A DNA stretch of 64,000 nt from Abditibacterium sp. (GCA_965199495.1 CBDASK010000003.1:1280001-1344000), one strand, 5' to 3'. Positions 1 through 9,620 are shown, counted from the stretch's first letter. Notes: generated from the sequence alone by a model not told the origin. Made by a program: numbers and translations.

Positions 1-335
1 AAACCGCCAACGCCAACGCCGATAATGGTGCCGACGCGACTGGCGTTTGCTTCGGTGATAACCAGACCGGAATTGGCCAGCGCCTCTTCCGAAGCGACGA
101 CCGCGAACTGCGTAAAGCGATCCATGCGCTTGGCCTCGCGTTTGTCAATGGTGGCGAGCGGATCGAATTCGGTGATTTCGCCCGCGAATTTGACCGAATG
201 CCGCTCGGTATCAATCAACGTAATTGGCTTGACGCCATTTTTGCCGTTGATGACGCCATCCCAAAACGCGTCCACGCCGATACCAATCGCCGTGACCGCG
301 CCCATGCCCGTGACAACTACCCTGCGCTTGTTCAT
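1..335 (-). CDS. fabF: 3-oxoacyl-ACP synthase II (5' part; runs off window start)
   Basis: Manual minus-strand translation from ATG at 335: MNKRRVVVTGMGAVTAIGIG...KRMDRFTQFAVVAS...IIGVGVGG. It lies directly downstream of acpP. Confidence 0.93.
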   Translation of the reverse strand, partial: MNKRRVVVTGMGAVTAIGIGVDAFWDGVINGKNGVKPITLIDTERHSVKFAGEITEFDPLATIDKREAKRMDRFTQFAVVASEEALANSGLVITEANASRVGTIIGVGVGG

Positions 336-342
336 GTTTGTA

Positions 343-482
343 AGGAGCAGGGAACAAGGAACAAGGAGCAAGGAGGATGTTGGTCGCTTTAACTCCGCAG
401 CTTACGCCGACTAAAAAGCCGAATTTTGCTGTGTAAGTTAGAGTGCCAACCCTTGTCCCTTGTTCCCTGTTCCTTGTTCCCT
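343..482. repeat. Inverted pair of heptamer tandem arrays (GGAACAA-type / CCTTGTT-type)
   Basis: ggagcag-ggaacaa-ggaacaa-ggagcaa at 344-371 and ccttgtc-ccttgtt-ccctgtt-ccttgtt at 451-478. A related copy lies at 37677-37777. Confidence 0.8.
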
Positions 483-489
483 AACGAAA

Positions 490-729
490 TTAGTCTTCTT
501 TCTTGTTTTCGATGTAGGAAACGGCATCGCCGACGGTGACGATTTTTTCGGCGTCTTCATCGGGGATTTCGATTTCAAACGCTTCTTCAAAACGCATCAC
601 CAGTTCGACAACGTCGAGCGAATCGGCGCCCAAATCTTCGATGAAGCGCGCGGGCGGGTTCACGATACCCGCGTCAACCGACAGTTCGTCGGACACAATT
701 TCTTTGACTTGATCGGCAATGTTAGCCAT
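490..729 (-). CDS. acpP: Acyl carrier protein
   Basis: [14 protein letters not shown] phosphopantetheine motif; 79 aa acidic protein. Confidence 0.97.
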   Translation of the reverse strand: MANIADQVKEIVSDELSVDAGIVNPPARFIEDLGADSLDVVELVMRFEEAFEIEIPDEDAEKIVTVGDAVSYIENKKED

Positions 730-867
730 AATTTTTATTCCTCCAGAGAATTGAAACTCGGCGCCTTGGAGAGAACGCGAGTTGTGCTTGTCCTTTCATG
801 CGCGACGCATTTACGTCACCTTTTAAGAGTGACAGAGCCGCGCCCGCGCGACAAGCGCCAAAACAAC

Positions 868-1608
868 TTATTCCATTACCAGCCCGCCGTCAACGTTAAA
901 CGTCTGTCCGGTGATATAACGCGCCCGCGCGCTCGCCAGAAATAACGCCAATTCCGCCACATCGTCGGCTTCGCCCAAGCAACCCAGCGGAATCTGTTCC
1001 AACAACGCCGCTTTGTTTTCCTCGCCTAACTCCGCCGTCATATCGGTCGCGATAAATCCCGGCGCAATCGCGTTGCAAGTAATGGCCCGCGAACCCAATT
1101 CTTTGGCAATACTTTTAGTAAAACCAATCAAACCCGCCTTGGACGCCGCGTAATTGGCCTGCCCCGCGTTGCCCATCTGCCCAATCACCGAAGTGATATT
1201 GATGATGCGCCCATAATCCGCCTTGAGCATCGGACGCGCCGCCGCTTTGGTGCAATAAAACGCGCCGCTCAAATTCACGTCAATTACGCTTTGCCACTGT
1301 TCGAGTTTCATGCGCAAGAGCAAACCATCGGCGTTGATGCCCGCGTTGTTGACCAAAATGTTCAAGCCGCCCATTTCTTTGACGGCGTTTTTGAAGCCCT
1401 CTTCCACCGCGCCCGCATCAGCCACGTCGAGGGCAAGCGGGAGAGCGCGACGGCCCAACGCACGAATTTCGTCGGCCAATTCGACCGGTTCACTGCGAGC
1501 GATTAACACGCAATCGGCGCCGTTCTGCGCCAATTTGAGCGCGATGGCACGACCAATGCCGCGCCGCGCGCCGGTGATAAATGCGATTTTATTTTCGAGT
1601 TCGAGCAT
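868..1608 (-). CDS. fabG: 3-oxoacyl-ACP reductase
   Basis: TGARRGIG, NNAG and YAASK SDR motifs; fab cluster context. Confidence 0.96.
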   Translation of the reverse strand: MLELENKIAFITGARRGIGRAIALKLAQNGADCVLIARSEPVELADEIRALGRRALPLALDVADAGAVEEGFKNAVKEMGGLNILVNNAGINADGLLLRMKLEQWQSVIDVNLSGAFYCTKAAARPMLKADYGRIINITSVIGQMGNAGQANYAASKAGLIGFTKSIAKELGSRAITCNAIAPGFIATDMTAELGEENKAALLEQIPLGCLGEADDVAELALFLASARARYITGQTFNVDGGLVME

Positions 1609-1618
1609 AATTATTGAA

Positions 1619-1674
1619 GTAGGGGCGGGAAAACCCCGCCCAAAACATAACGGGCGGGAAGACCCCGCCCCTAC
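1619..1674. repeat. GTAG-type REP doublet (REPIN-like)
   Basis: GTAGGGGCGGGAAAACCCCGCCC ... GGGCGGGAAGACCCCGCCCCTAC: two inverted hairpin units with GTAG/CTAC feet. Confidence 0.85.
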
Positions 1675-1686
1675 GGTTTACAGGTC

Positions 1687-2562
1687 TCACAGATTCCGCG
1701 TTTCCACCGATTTATCAATGCGCTTGACCAAGCCCGTCAGCACTTTGCCCGGCCCCAATTCGATGAATTCGTCGGCGCCCGCCTCAATCATATTGGCGAT
1801 AGTTTCGCTCCAACGCACCGCGCCGGTCATCTGGCCTTTGAGCGCCGCCTTCGCCGTGGCTGCATCGTGGGTGCCGCTCGCTGTCGTGTTTTGAAATATT
1901 GGAATGCGCGCTTCCTCAAACGGCGCGGCGTTAATCAACTCGCTCATTTCGGCGCCCGCCTCGGCCATTAGCGGCGAATGAAAGGCGCCCGAAACCGGCA
2001 ATTTCACCGCCATTTTCGCGCCCTGATTTTTCGCCTCTGTCATCGCCAAATCAATGGCGGCGGGCGCGCCCGAAACCACGACTTGGCCGGGACTATTATA
2101 ATTCGCCGCCACAATTGCGCCCTGCGCGCTCGCGCTTTGTAAAACGCCTTCGAGTTTATCGTCGGCCAACCCGATTAAAGCCGCCATCGCGCCCGCAGGC
2201 GCCTGCGCCATCAATTCGGCGCGGCGCTTGACCAACTTGAGCGCCGCTTCAAAACTCAGCGCGCCCGCAGCCACGAGCGCCGTATATTCGCCCAGCGAAT
2301 GGCCCGCCGTCATTGCGGCGTCGAATTCCGATTTATGCGCCTCGAAATGCAACACGCCGATAGTTAAAAGCGCGGGTTGCGCGTGCAGTGTGTTTTTCAG
2401 TTCGTCGTCGGGGCCGTCGAAACAGAGGGCGCGTAAATCGTAGCCCAACACATCATTGGCGGTTTGCCAGACGGCGTCCGCGCCCCCGAACGCCGCCGAA
2501 ATTTCGCGGCCCATGCCGACAATTTGGCTGCCCTGTCCGGGGAAAAGTATTGCTGTTGACAT
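1687..2562 (-). CDS. fabD: Malonyl-CoA:ACP transacylase
   Basis: FPGQGSQ, GHSLGEY and VSGAFHS motifs. Confidence 0.97.
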   Translation of the reverse strand: MSTAILFPGQGSQIVGMGREISAAFGGADAVWQTANDVLGYDLRALCFDGPDDELKNTLHAQPALLTIGVLHFEAHKSEFDAAMTAGHSLGEYTALVAAGALSFEAALKLVKRRAELMAQAPAGAMAALIGLADDKLEGVLQSASAQGAIVAANYNSPGQVVVSGAPAAIDLAMTEAKNQGAKMAVKLPVSGAFHSPLMAEAGAEMSELINAAPFEEARIPIFQNTTASGTHDAATAKAALKGQMTGAVRWSETIANMIEAGADEFIELGPGKVLTGLVKRIDKSVETRNL

Positions 2563-2578
2563 AAATTTATTAATTTTG

Positions 2579-2706
2579 AATTAGCCACAGAGTTCACAGA
2601 GGAACACAGAGGGAACGAAGAACTTAAAAGGAAGACGAAATCGCTTTCTTTTTCTGTTAATTTTCTTCGTTCTCTCTGTGTTCCTCTGTGAACTCTGTGG
2701 CTAATT
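2579..2706. repeat. AGCCACAGAG-family inverted repeat element
   Basis: ttagccacagagttcacagaggaacacagag ... ctctgtgttcctctgtgaactctgtggctaa; 7 related copies in the window. Confidence 0.88.
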
Positions 2707-2711
2707 TTATT

Positions 2712-3287
2712 TTATTTCTTACTCGCCAAAACCGCGTAATGATACGGCCCAATATCGCGCGTATCGTCAACCACAAATCCGGCTTTCTCCGCAAAGTCGC
2801 GCACATTTTCGGGCGACAAACGATAATCGGCGCGCGGCCCCGGTTCGTCTTCGCCGACGCCCGGTTTCCACTCGATGACGATGAGACGCCCGCCGCTTTT
2901 CAACACGCGATTGGCTTCGCGCAGATGAGCCACCGGGTCGCTGCATTCGTGCAAAACGTTGGCGTGAAACACGACATCCACTTCAGCGTCGTCCAAGTCG
3001 AACTCATTTTCGGCGCACGGCAAAACCAGAATGCGCTCGTAGTTTTGGCAATGCGTTTCCAAAATTTGCAGCATCGCCGTCTGAGTATCGAGTGCGTAAA
3101 CCATGCCGCGTGGCCGCACAGCGCGTTCGAGATCGAAGGTGAACCAGCCGTTGCCGCAACCAATTTCGGCCACGCGCGAACCGGGCGCGATCTCGACCGC
3201 CGCCACGATTTCGGCGGGATTATTCCAGCGCAGACGGTCTTCGCTCCGCAAAATCGCGGCTTTGTTGGGATCAAATAATTTGGACAT
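2712..3287 (-). CDS. Class I SAM-dependent methyltransferase
   Basis: VAEIGCGNG SAM-binding motif and VLKSGGRLIVIEW. Start placed at MSKLFDP because the upstream ORF extension lies in a repeat. Confidence 0.85.
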   Translation of the reverse strand: MSKLFDPNKAAILRSEDRLRWNNPAEIVAAVEIAPGSRVAEIGCGNGWFTFDLERAVRPRGMVYALDTQTAMLQILETHCQNYERILVLPCAENEFDLDDAEVDVVFHANVLHECSDPVAHLREANRVLKSGGRLIVIEWKPGVGEDEPGPRADYRLSPENVRDFAEKAGFVVDDTRDIGPYHYAVLASKK

Positions 3288-3326
3288 TTTCTGGAAATTT
3301 GGAGTTGTGAGTTTCGAGTCGGCAAT

Positions 3327-3501
3327 CCCAGCGTTGTCATTCTGAGCGCGGGCGCCCTTTGGGCAGCAGGGACGAGCGAAGTCGAAGAATCCACTACTCA
3401 CGATGAGTCGAAAGCGAGGCTATCACGCAACTTTTGGATTCTTCGACTTCGCTCGTCCCTGCGGCCCAAAGGGCGCCCGCGCTCAGAATGACAACGCTGG
3501 G
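3327..3501. repeat. GTCATTCTGAGCG...GAAGAATC-family inverted repeat element
   Basis: About 65-bp arms, nearly perfect inverted (cccagcgttgtcattctgagcg ... cgctcagaatgacaacgctggg). Confidence 0.88.
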
Positions 3502-3512
3502 GCTATCAAATT

Positions 3513-4523
3513 TTAACTCCATTTCAAAACCGCGCTTGCCCACGTCAAACCGGCGCCGAAACCGGTTAAAAGCAGCGTGTCGCCCGCTTGGATGCGGCCC
3601 TGCGCGTTGGCTTCGCTGAGCGCGATGGGAATGGTCGCCGCCGAGGTATTACCGTAATTTTGCAAATTAACGAATACTTTTTCCATCGGCATTTTCAATC
3701 GTTTGGCGGCGCTCTGAATAATACGAATGTTGGCCTGATGCGGAATCATTAAGTCCACGTCATCGCCGGTTATTCCGCACGAATCGAGAGCGCGCACCGC
3801 GCTTTCGCCCATGACGTGAACGGCGAATTTATAGACTTCGCGCCCGTTCTGATAAATTTTGCCGTCGTCGGTTTTGTCGAGAATGCCGCAACGCAATAGC
3901 GGGCCGCCCACGCCGTTGGCGCCCAGATCGTGGCCCAGCAAACCATAACCCTCTTCGACCTGCGAAACGATGGCGGCTCCGGCGCCGTCGCCGAACAAAA
4001 TGCAGGTGTTGCGATCTTCCCAATTCACGTAACGCGACATCACCTCGGCGCCGACGACTAACACGTTTTTCATCGCGCCCGTGGCGACGAATTGCGAGGC
4101 CGTCACCAGACCGTAAACGAAGCCCGAACAGGCGGCGCCCAAATCAAAGGCGCCGCACTTCGCGCCCAGACGATTTTGCAGAGTCGCAGAAGTCGAGGGA
4201 AACAACCATTCGGGCGTGCAGGTCGCGACGATAATCAAATCAATGTCTTCTATCGCCAGATTCGCGTTTTTCAGGGCGGCGCGTGCGGCATTTTCGGCGA
4301 GGTCGGCCAAACTCTGGTCGGGCGCGACGATACGGCGCTCGCGAATGCCAGTGCGCTCGACGATCCACTCGTCGGAAGTCTCGACCATCTTTTCCAGATC
4401 GGCATTGGAAAGCACGCGGTCGGGCACATAATGGCCCAAACCGATGATGCCCGCGCTGCGAAGTTGCGGCGCGTTGGCACCGCTATTGAGGCCAAGGGGA
4501 GCGGTTGAAAGCAGGGTTTGCAT
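3513..4523 (-). CDS. fabH: 3-oxoacyl-ACP synthase III
   Basis: AACSGF (catalytic Cys), PHQAN and YGNTSAA motifs; start uncertain. Confidence 0.95.
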   Translation of the reverse strand: MQTLLSTAPLGLNSGANAPQLRSAGIIGLGHYVPDRVLSNADLEKMVETSDEWIVERTGIRERRIVAPDQSLADLAENAARAALKNANLAIEDIDLIIVATCTPEWLFPSTSATLQNRLGAKCGAFDLGAACSGFVYGLVTASQFVATGAMKNVLVVGAEVMSRYVNWEDRNTCILFGDGAGAAIVSQVEEGYGLLGHDLGANGVGGPLLRCGILDKTDDGKIYQNGREVYKFAVHVMGESAVRALDSCGITGDDVDLMIPHQANIRIIQSAAKRLKMPMEKVFVNLQNYGNTSAATIPIALSEANAQGRIQAGDTLLLTGFGAGLTWASAVLKWS

Positions 4524-4688
4524 GGAAATGGAAGCGCCGGAAGTATGGCAGATACAACTGGAACTGTGCATCCATCGAAGCTGGAAATTAAGCGTTGGCG
4601 TCCCCGCTTTATCCAGCAAGGAAAAATTGGAGTCGCTTCAAAAACTAATTAAAATTTCATTTTATCTAAAAATAAAAAGCGATTAATG

Positions 4689-4717
4689 TTTACAAAATGA
4701 GCTTGATTGGATAAGAT
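4689..4717 (+). promoter_or_regulatory. Putative sigma70-type promoter
   Basis: TTTACA-17 nt-TAAGAT in the AT-rich gap, 31 nt upstream of the ATG at 4749. Confidence 0.5.
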
Positions 4718-4748
4718 ATAGTTTGCAACCACCAATCCAAATAATCAA

Positions 4749-5414
4749 ATGAAGATTTCACAAAAGCGGCAGCTTGACCGTTTCAAGCGCAGTCTCGACT
4801 TCATGCAAAAGCATGCGAAAGATTTCTCTCCAAACTCCGAAGCAATGAAAACCACAGATCAGCTAAAAGATGTTGTGGTGCGCGCCGAATCCAATGGCCC
4901 AGAAAGTGGCGCAACAAAATCTGGTCGTCGCGTTTATCGTTCCGATAAGTTGACGGCACTGAATGCTTTACGCACCGAGTTGGGCCGCATATCGCGCACC
5001 GCAGCACTTGTGGCATCGAAAGACGAAGGTTTTAATAACACTTTTGGGATGCCCGACAAACGGCGCAAAGATGAGTTAGCGCAAGCCGCGCGTCATTTCA
5101 TCGAAGAATTCCCCAAAGTATCCGATAAATTTGAGGGTTTTGAAATGCACGCCGACAGTTTAGACAAGTTAAAAAGTGCGCTCGAAGCCTACGAGCAGGT
5201 GCAAGCCACGCCCGCCACCAAGCCCGAACGCCAGACGCGCACGCCTGCCGCGCCCAACCCAACAATCGCGCAGGGCATCGAATTGGTGGACGCCCTCGAC
5301 GTGATGTTGGGCAACAAATATAGCGAGAAATCCGAAGTTTTCGACGCGTGGAAAGAGACTTCGGCGCTCGAAGTGACGCGTCGCCAGCGCAAAACCAAAA
5401 AAGCGGACGCGTAA
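4749..5414 (+). CDS. Hypothetical protein (helical, charged)
   Basis: 221-aa ORF with its own promoter-like signal and downstream terminator; no motif recognised. Confidence 0.75.
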   Translation: MKISQKRQLDRFKRSLDFMQKHAKDFSPNSEAMKTTDQLKDVVVRAESNGPESGATKSGRRVYRSDKLTALNALRTELGRISRTAALVASKDEGFNNTFGMPDKRRKDELAQAARHFIEEFPKVSDKFEGFEMHADSLDKLKSALEAYEQVQATPATKPERQTRTPAAPNPTIAQGIELVDALDVMLGNKYSEKSEVFDAWKETSALEVTRRQRKTKKADA

Positions 5415-5428
5415 AATTCGCGCCTCGC

Positions 5429-5470
5429 AAACAAAAATCCCGCTCCGTGAAAAGAGCGGGATTTTTGTTT
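5429..5470. terminator. Rho-independent (likely bidirectional) terminator
   Basis: aaacaaaaatcccgctc-loop-gagcgggatttttgttt between convergent genes. Confidence 0.8.
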
Positions 5471-5522
5471 TGTTGACAGTTGTTCGGGGGATATAGCCCT
5501 TCATAGTGGGAAAGCTCCAACG

Positions 5523-5597
5523 GCGGGGCTAACGCCTCCTTCCAATCGGCGGACTTTCCTCGCTCTTATAACGATTGGAAGGGTGCGTCAGCCCCGC
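5523..5597. repeat. GGGGCTGACGCACCCTTCC-family REP-like palindrome
   Basis: gcggggctaacgcctccttccaatcg ... cgattggaagggtgcgtcagccccgc; related copies at 31131 and 36637. Confidence 0.85.
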
Positions 5598-5643
5598 TAT
5601 CGAAAATGTAGCTTTCTGTTTAGGAATCGCTATAGTTTCCAAT

Positions 5644-8412
5644 CTACTTTCCGTCGCCCGCGATTTGAACGCGCACTACATTGCCTTCCAATTCCCAGAC
5701 CGCGCGCCCACTTGCATCAACGACGGCGATTGGATTCGAGGTATCAACGCTGACTTTGTCTTTGTCTTTTTTGGTCTTGGCGACCGAATAAGAGGTGACG
5801 ACGGCCCGCACGCGCGTGCCGGGCGCCCAGTTCGCGCCATTTTTTGAGGAGTAAATCGTCAGGCGAAATTTGCCGGGAATGCTGGGAATCGGTTGCCACG
5901 CGCTGTTGGTTGCATCGGGCGAGACCTGCGTGGCATTGGGCCACACGAAAACTTCGGCGCCCGCGCGCGTGTTAGAAATCACTTGTCCGCACAGTGGGCC
6001 GCCGCCCAGATTCTGTGCGCTGATCGGTTCCATACGCAAATTGGTCATTTCGCCCTGCGTGACGGCGGCGAACAATCCCATTGGGCGCGTGCGAGTTTCA
6101 AACGACGAGGCGTTTTCGATGGGCGCGGGCCGCCCGCCGGTGAGCGCGACGCCCTGCGCGTTGGGCAGTTGCGTGATGCCGCCGCTCCACAGCCAGTCGC
6201 CGGTTCCGGTCGTTTCGACGCTGGAAAGTTGCAACGGCTGGCCGGGCGCGTCGTGGTCAATGAAAGTGACATTGAGCGGGCGATTGATGACTTCGGGAAA
6301 GCGCGTGACGCCGGTGGCTGCATTGGAGCTATCGGGCGTCACGTCGAGAATTGGCCCCAGCGCGTTGCCGCTAATCGCCAGCGTCGCGCCACGCGACATC
6401 AGGTCGCCGTGAAAATCGTTGAAGCCAAAGTTGCCGGAGCGCCAGTAATTCCACAGCCGAAACGGCGCGAAAATCGCCGTGCCACGCGCTGCGCTGCTGG
6501 CCGTCATCGGAGCCGTCCACAAAGCCGCGCGTCCATTGGCGACTTTGGTTCCGATTTGCGGCCCAAAGCCGATAATAGTCGCCGACGGACTGACGAGGGA
6601 AAAGCCGGTCGGCCCGGCGAACGCCGCCTCTCCCAGCCCATCGCCGCCGGTCAAAGTCGCGGTAGGATTTTTCTGAAGTCTATTGCCCCACTGCGGCAAA
6701 AGCGGATGCTGCTCGCCGCCTTTGAGGTTGAACGAAACCGGGCGCACATCGTAGCTGCCGGGCACGCCAAACAGCAAGCTCATGGCGGGCGGCAAAATGC
6801 CGACCTGCCCGCCGCTTTGCAGCGCGCCCAAACCCAAATCGGCGACCAAAACGCCGCCAGCCGTCACGTAATTGGTGAGCGCCGTCTGGTTTTGCAGCGA
6901 ACAATCGAGCATCTGCGGCGCCAGAATCGTGTTGTAAAGGTCGAGCGGTGTCTCGCTCAAATCTTCGGGCGCCAGATAATCCACACCGCCAAACGCCGTG
7001 CCCCAACGCAAACCCCACACCAAATTCGACGGCTCGCCATCAATCAGATTTTCGGCCCAACCATACAATCCGCGCTTGCCGCCCTGCGCGACCGGGCCGT
7101 AATTGACCGTGATTCCATCGGCCAAAGGCGCCAAAACGACGGCAGTCGTCGCGACTGGCGGCTCGCCCCACAACGCGTTATTGGGCGCACTATTCAAGTC
7201 GCGCAGTTTTTCCAAGATGGATTGGCGCAAATCCAAATTGTTCTTCAAGTCGGGCCACGAATCGAAAGCCACGCCGACCGCGCCGCGCGCGCACGCTTCC
7301 TGAAGCCAGCGTTTGGACAAATCGGGCAACGCCTCTTTGGGCACCGAACCGTTGTCGCGCACGCTAAAAATCGGCAGCGCCGCGAACTTGCCGCCGCGCC
7401 GCGCGATGTCAATCGCCTGCGGATTGTGCGTCACGATGTCGTTTTCGGCGATACCGGGCGCCACCGTCGGCAGCATCACGTCAACGCCTGCGGGCATCGA
7501 AAGCATCTGCGCGTAGTCGGGCAGTTCGCCCGAAAACAGCAGATGTTTGGAATCGTTGCCGCGCACTACGCCAATCCAACTGACCAACAATTGCCGGTAG
7601 GCTTCGAGGCGATAAGCCGCCAGCGCCAACTGCGCCGGATGAAACGCGGCGTTGGTGATCGTGGGATTCGATTGCGTGCCCAATTGCCCCAGCGCATAAG
7701 AACTATCCGCAGCCACGCCGCCTTGATTGCGCTGGGCCAAGGCGTCCACATCATTGATGGAAACGTCGCTCAAATCGCTGTAGTTGGTGCCCCACTGCGT
7801 GTTCAAAACCCGAATCGTCGCGTAATTGCGCCCGATCCAACGGCGAAACCCTTCGTCGTTCCACACCGGCAGCGAACGCGGGTCGTCGGGCAACATCCAA
7901 CCGGTCAGGTTGGGCGTATCGCGCAACTGGTTGATGGCCGCGCTCGCCCAAGTCGTCCACAAAAGATTGTAAGACTCGCTATCGCCAGCGATACGAATAC
8001 TAAATTCCGATCCCTTGGGCGCGGGCGGCAGCGAATAAATCACTTTCAATCCGGCGCGCGCCGCCGCTTCGGCAAAATCGCGTTGGGGCGCAACATCAAC
8101 CGCCGTCAGATTATTGGCGTTGGGATCCCAACCCAGACGCACCACGACCGTGTTCAAGCCGAGCGATTTATAGGCGGGCAAATCGTTGATGTCGGTGACG
8201 TTATCGGCCCAGAACAACGGCGCGCCGCGCAATTCCGCCGCCGTGACGGGAATCGGCACCGCGTTGGGAACTGGCGCCAGATCGCGCCCGGCGAGCGGCG
8301 AAACGGGCGCGTTATTGGTTTGCGCCGACGCGAGAGGGGCGCACAGGCAGAGCGCGCACAAAGACGCCACAATCGCGAGATCGTGGCGTCGAAACTGAAG
8401 TTTGGAGAACAT
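5644..8412 (-). CDS. Large secreted glycoside-hydrolase-like protein (GH42/beta-galactosidase-like architecture)
   Basis: Signal peptide, KSLGLNTVVVRLGW, FRRWIGRNYATIRVLNTQWGTNY (GH42-like) and a YVTAGGVLVAD trimerisation-domain-like segment. ATG at 8412 overlaps the tatC stop (TAATG). Confidence 0.6.
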   Translation of the reverse strand: MFSKLQFRRHDLAIVASLCALCLCAPLASAQTNNAPVSPLAGRDLAPVPNAVPIPVTAAELRGAPLFWADNVTDINDLPAYKSLGLNTVVVRLGWDPNANNLTAVDVAPQRDFAEAAARAGLKVIYSLPPAPKGSEFSIRIAGDSESYNLLWTTWASAAINQLRDTPNLTGWMLPDDPRSLPVWNDEGFRRWIGRNYATIRVLNTQWGTNYSDLSDVSINDVDALAQRNQGGVAADSSYALGQLGTQSNPTITNAAFHPAQLALAAYRLEAYRQLLVSWIGVVRGNDSKHLLFSGELPDYAQMLSMPAGVDVMLPTVAPGIAENDIVTHNPQAIDIARRGGKFAALPIFSVRDNGSVPKEALPDLSKRWLQEACARGAVGVAFDSWPDLKNNLDLRQSILEKLRDLNSAPNNALWGEPPVATTAVVLAPLADGITVNYGPVAQGGKRGLYGWAENLIDGEPSNLVWGLRWGTAFGGVDYLAPEDLSETPLDLYNTILAPQMLDCSLQNQTALTNYVTAGGVLVADLGLGALQSGGQVGILPPAMSLLFGVPGSYDVRPVSFNLKGGEQHPLLPQWGNRLQKNPTATLTGGDGLGEAAFAGPTGFSLVSPSATIIGFGPQIGTKVANGRAALWTAPMTASSAARGTAIFAPFRLWNYWRSGNFGFNDFHGDLMSRGATLAISGNALGPILDVTPDSSNAATGVTRFPEVINRPLNVTFIDHDAPGQPLQLSSVETTGTGDWLWSGGITQLPNAQGVALTGGRPAPIENASSFETRTRPMGLFAAVTQGEMTNLRMEPISAQNLGGGPLCGQVISNTRAGAEVFVWPNATQVSPDATNSAWQPIPSIPGKFRLTIYSSKNGANWAPGTRVRAVVTSYSVAKTKKDKDKVSVDTSNPIAVVDASGRAVWELEGNVVRVQIAGDGK

Positions 8413-9620
8413 TAAAGCCATTTGACAAGCCAAATCGATAAAAGATACAGTAGACACGGCGGCAGCGCGCACGCCGTCATGGTGAACGGATCCCACGTCG
8501 GTGTCAGAACCGCCACCACAATGAAGATAACCACGACGGCGTGTCGCCAATATTCAATGAGCAGGTTGCGCGAGATCAGCCCGATTTTGTTGCCGAAGAT
8601 AATGATAATCGGCACCTGAAACGACAGGCCAAATATCAAAAGCATCTTCGCCATGAGTATGACGCTCTCGTCATATTTCCACTGAGCGGCCACGCCGGGC
8701 GGTTGAAATTGCAGGAAAAATTGGAAAAATAAGGGCGAGCAAAAATAGCCCAGCGCCGCGCCCATGAAAAATAGAATGCTGGAAAACGGCACCAAAACCA
8801 ATGTGTAGCGCCGCTCGGAATTGGTCAGCGCCGGTTCGACGAAACGCCAGACCTGAAACAAAACCCACGGCGCCGCGATGAGCAACGCCGCCAGCAACGA
8901 CGACTGAAATTGCAAGGTAAAAAATGCCGTCGGGTCGGTCGAAATCAGTTCGCCCTTGCCGCCGTTGGCGTGCAAAACGCGCGTGATCGGCTCCGAAAAC
9001 CAGCCCTGAATCGGCAACGCATAGCGCCAGGTGAACATCATCACCGCCATCACGCCGATGATGGCATAAAGCAGACGCGAACGCAATTCGGCCAAATGCT
9101 CGAACAACCCCGCTTCTTTGTCGCGCGGCGTGTTTGAATTTCCATCGCCGCCGCTCGTCGCCAGCGAATTATTATCGTCGGGCGGCTCGCCGCCCGCGCC
9201 ATCGTCGGCGAAAAGTTGCTCGCCTTCGATGGCATCGGCGCCAACTAAATCAATGCCCGCCTGCCTTGCGTCGTCAGCGAAATTATCGGGCGCGAAATTC
9301 TCAAAACCGTTGGTTGAACTTTCGTCTGATTCGACTTTTTCAATCGAAATGCCCAACGGCGCCGCGCTCTGGACGCCGTTAGTCTCGGCGCCGAAAGTGC
9401 TGGCGAAGTCGGCGCGATAATCGGCGGGCAACTCGTCGTTTTCGAGCGCGCCATCGAAAAGCGTCGTTTCCTCGATTTCGGTCACGATGGGCGAGCCATC
9501 GAAAGCGCGCGCGCTGCGCGCGCCTTCGGGCGCGGCGATGCGCGGCACGAGCGGCGTGGCTCCATTGGTTGCGTGGGTTGGCCCGTCGGGGGCGTGTCCA
9601 TTGGACGGGTTTTCGGCCAT
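8412..9620 (-). CDS. tatC: Twin-arginine translocase subunit TatC with long acidic N-terminal extension
   Basis: EHLAELRSRL, QVWRFVEPAL, FQVP and LTPTWDP motifs; multiple TM helices. Confidence 0.92.
   Translation of the reverse strand: MAENPSNGHAPDGPTHATNGATPLVPRIAAPEGARSARAFDGSPIVTEIEETTLFDGALENDELPADYRADFASTFGAETNGVQSAAPLGISIEKVESDESSTNGFENFAPDNFADDARQAGIDLVGADAIEGEQLFADDGAGGEPPDDNNSLATSGGDGNSNTPRDKEAGLFEHLAELRSRLLYAIIGVMAVMMFTWRYALPIQGWFSEPITRVLHANGGKGELISTDPTAFFTLQFQSSLLAALLIAAPWVLFQVWRFVEPALTNSERRYTLVLVPFSSILFFMGAALGYFCSPLFFQFFLQFQPPGVAAQWKYDESVILMAKMLLIFGLSFQVPIIIIFGNKIGLISRNLLIEYWRHAVVVIFIVVAVLTPTWDPFTMTACALPPCLLYLLSIWLVKWL

Noticed and set aside
2712..3619. Two ORFs beginning with identical MDSSTSLVPAAQRAPALRMTT, and the N-terminal extension of the methyltransferase
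   Set aside because: Artefacts of translating the two arms of the 3327-3501 inverted repeat.
4524..4690. Possible leader RNA or N-terminal extension upstream of fabH
   Set aside because: No recognisable riboswitch or convincing structure; the extension lacks FabH similarity.
5893..8415. 840-aa plus-strand ORF
   Set aside because: Antisense shadow of the 5644-8412 gene; Arg-rich, no motifs, typical of GC-rich DNA.
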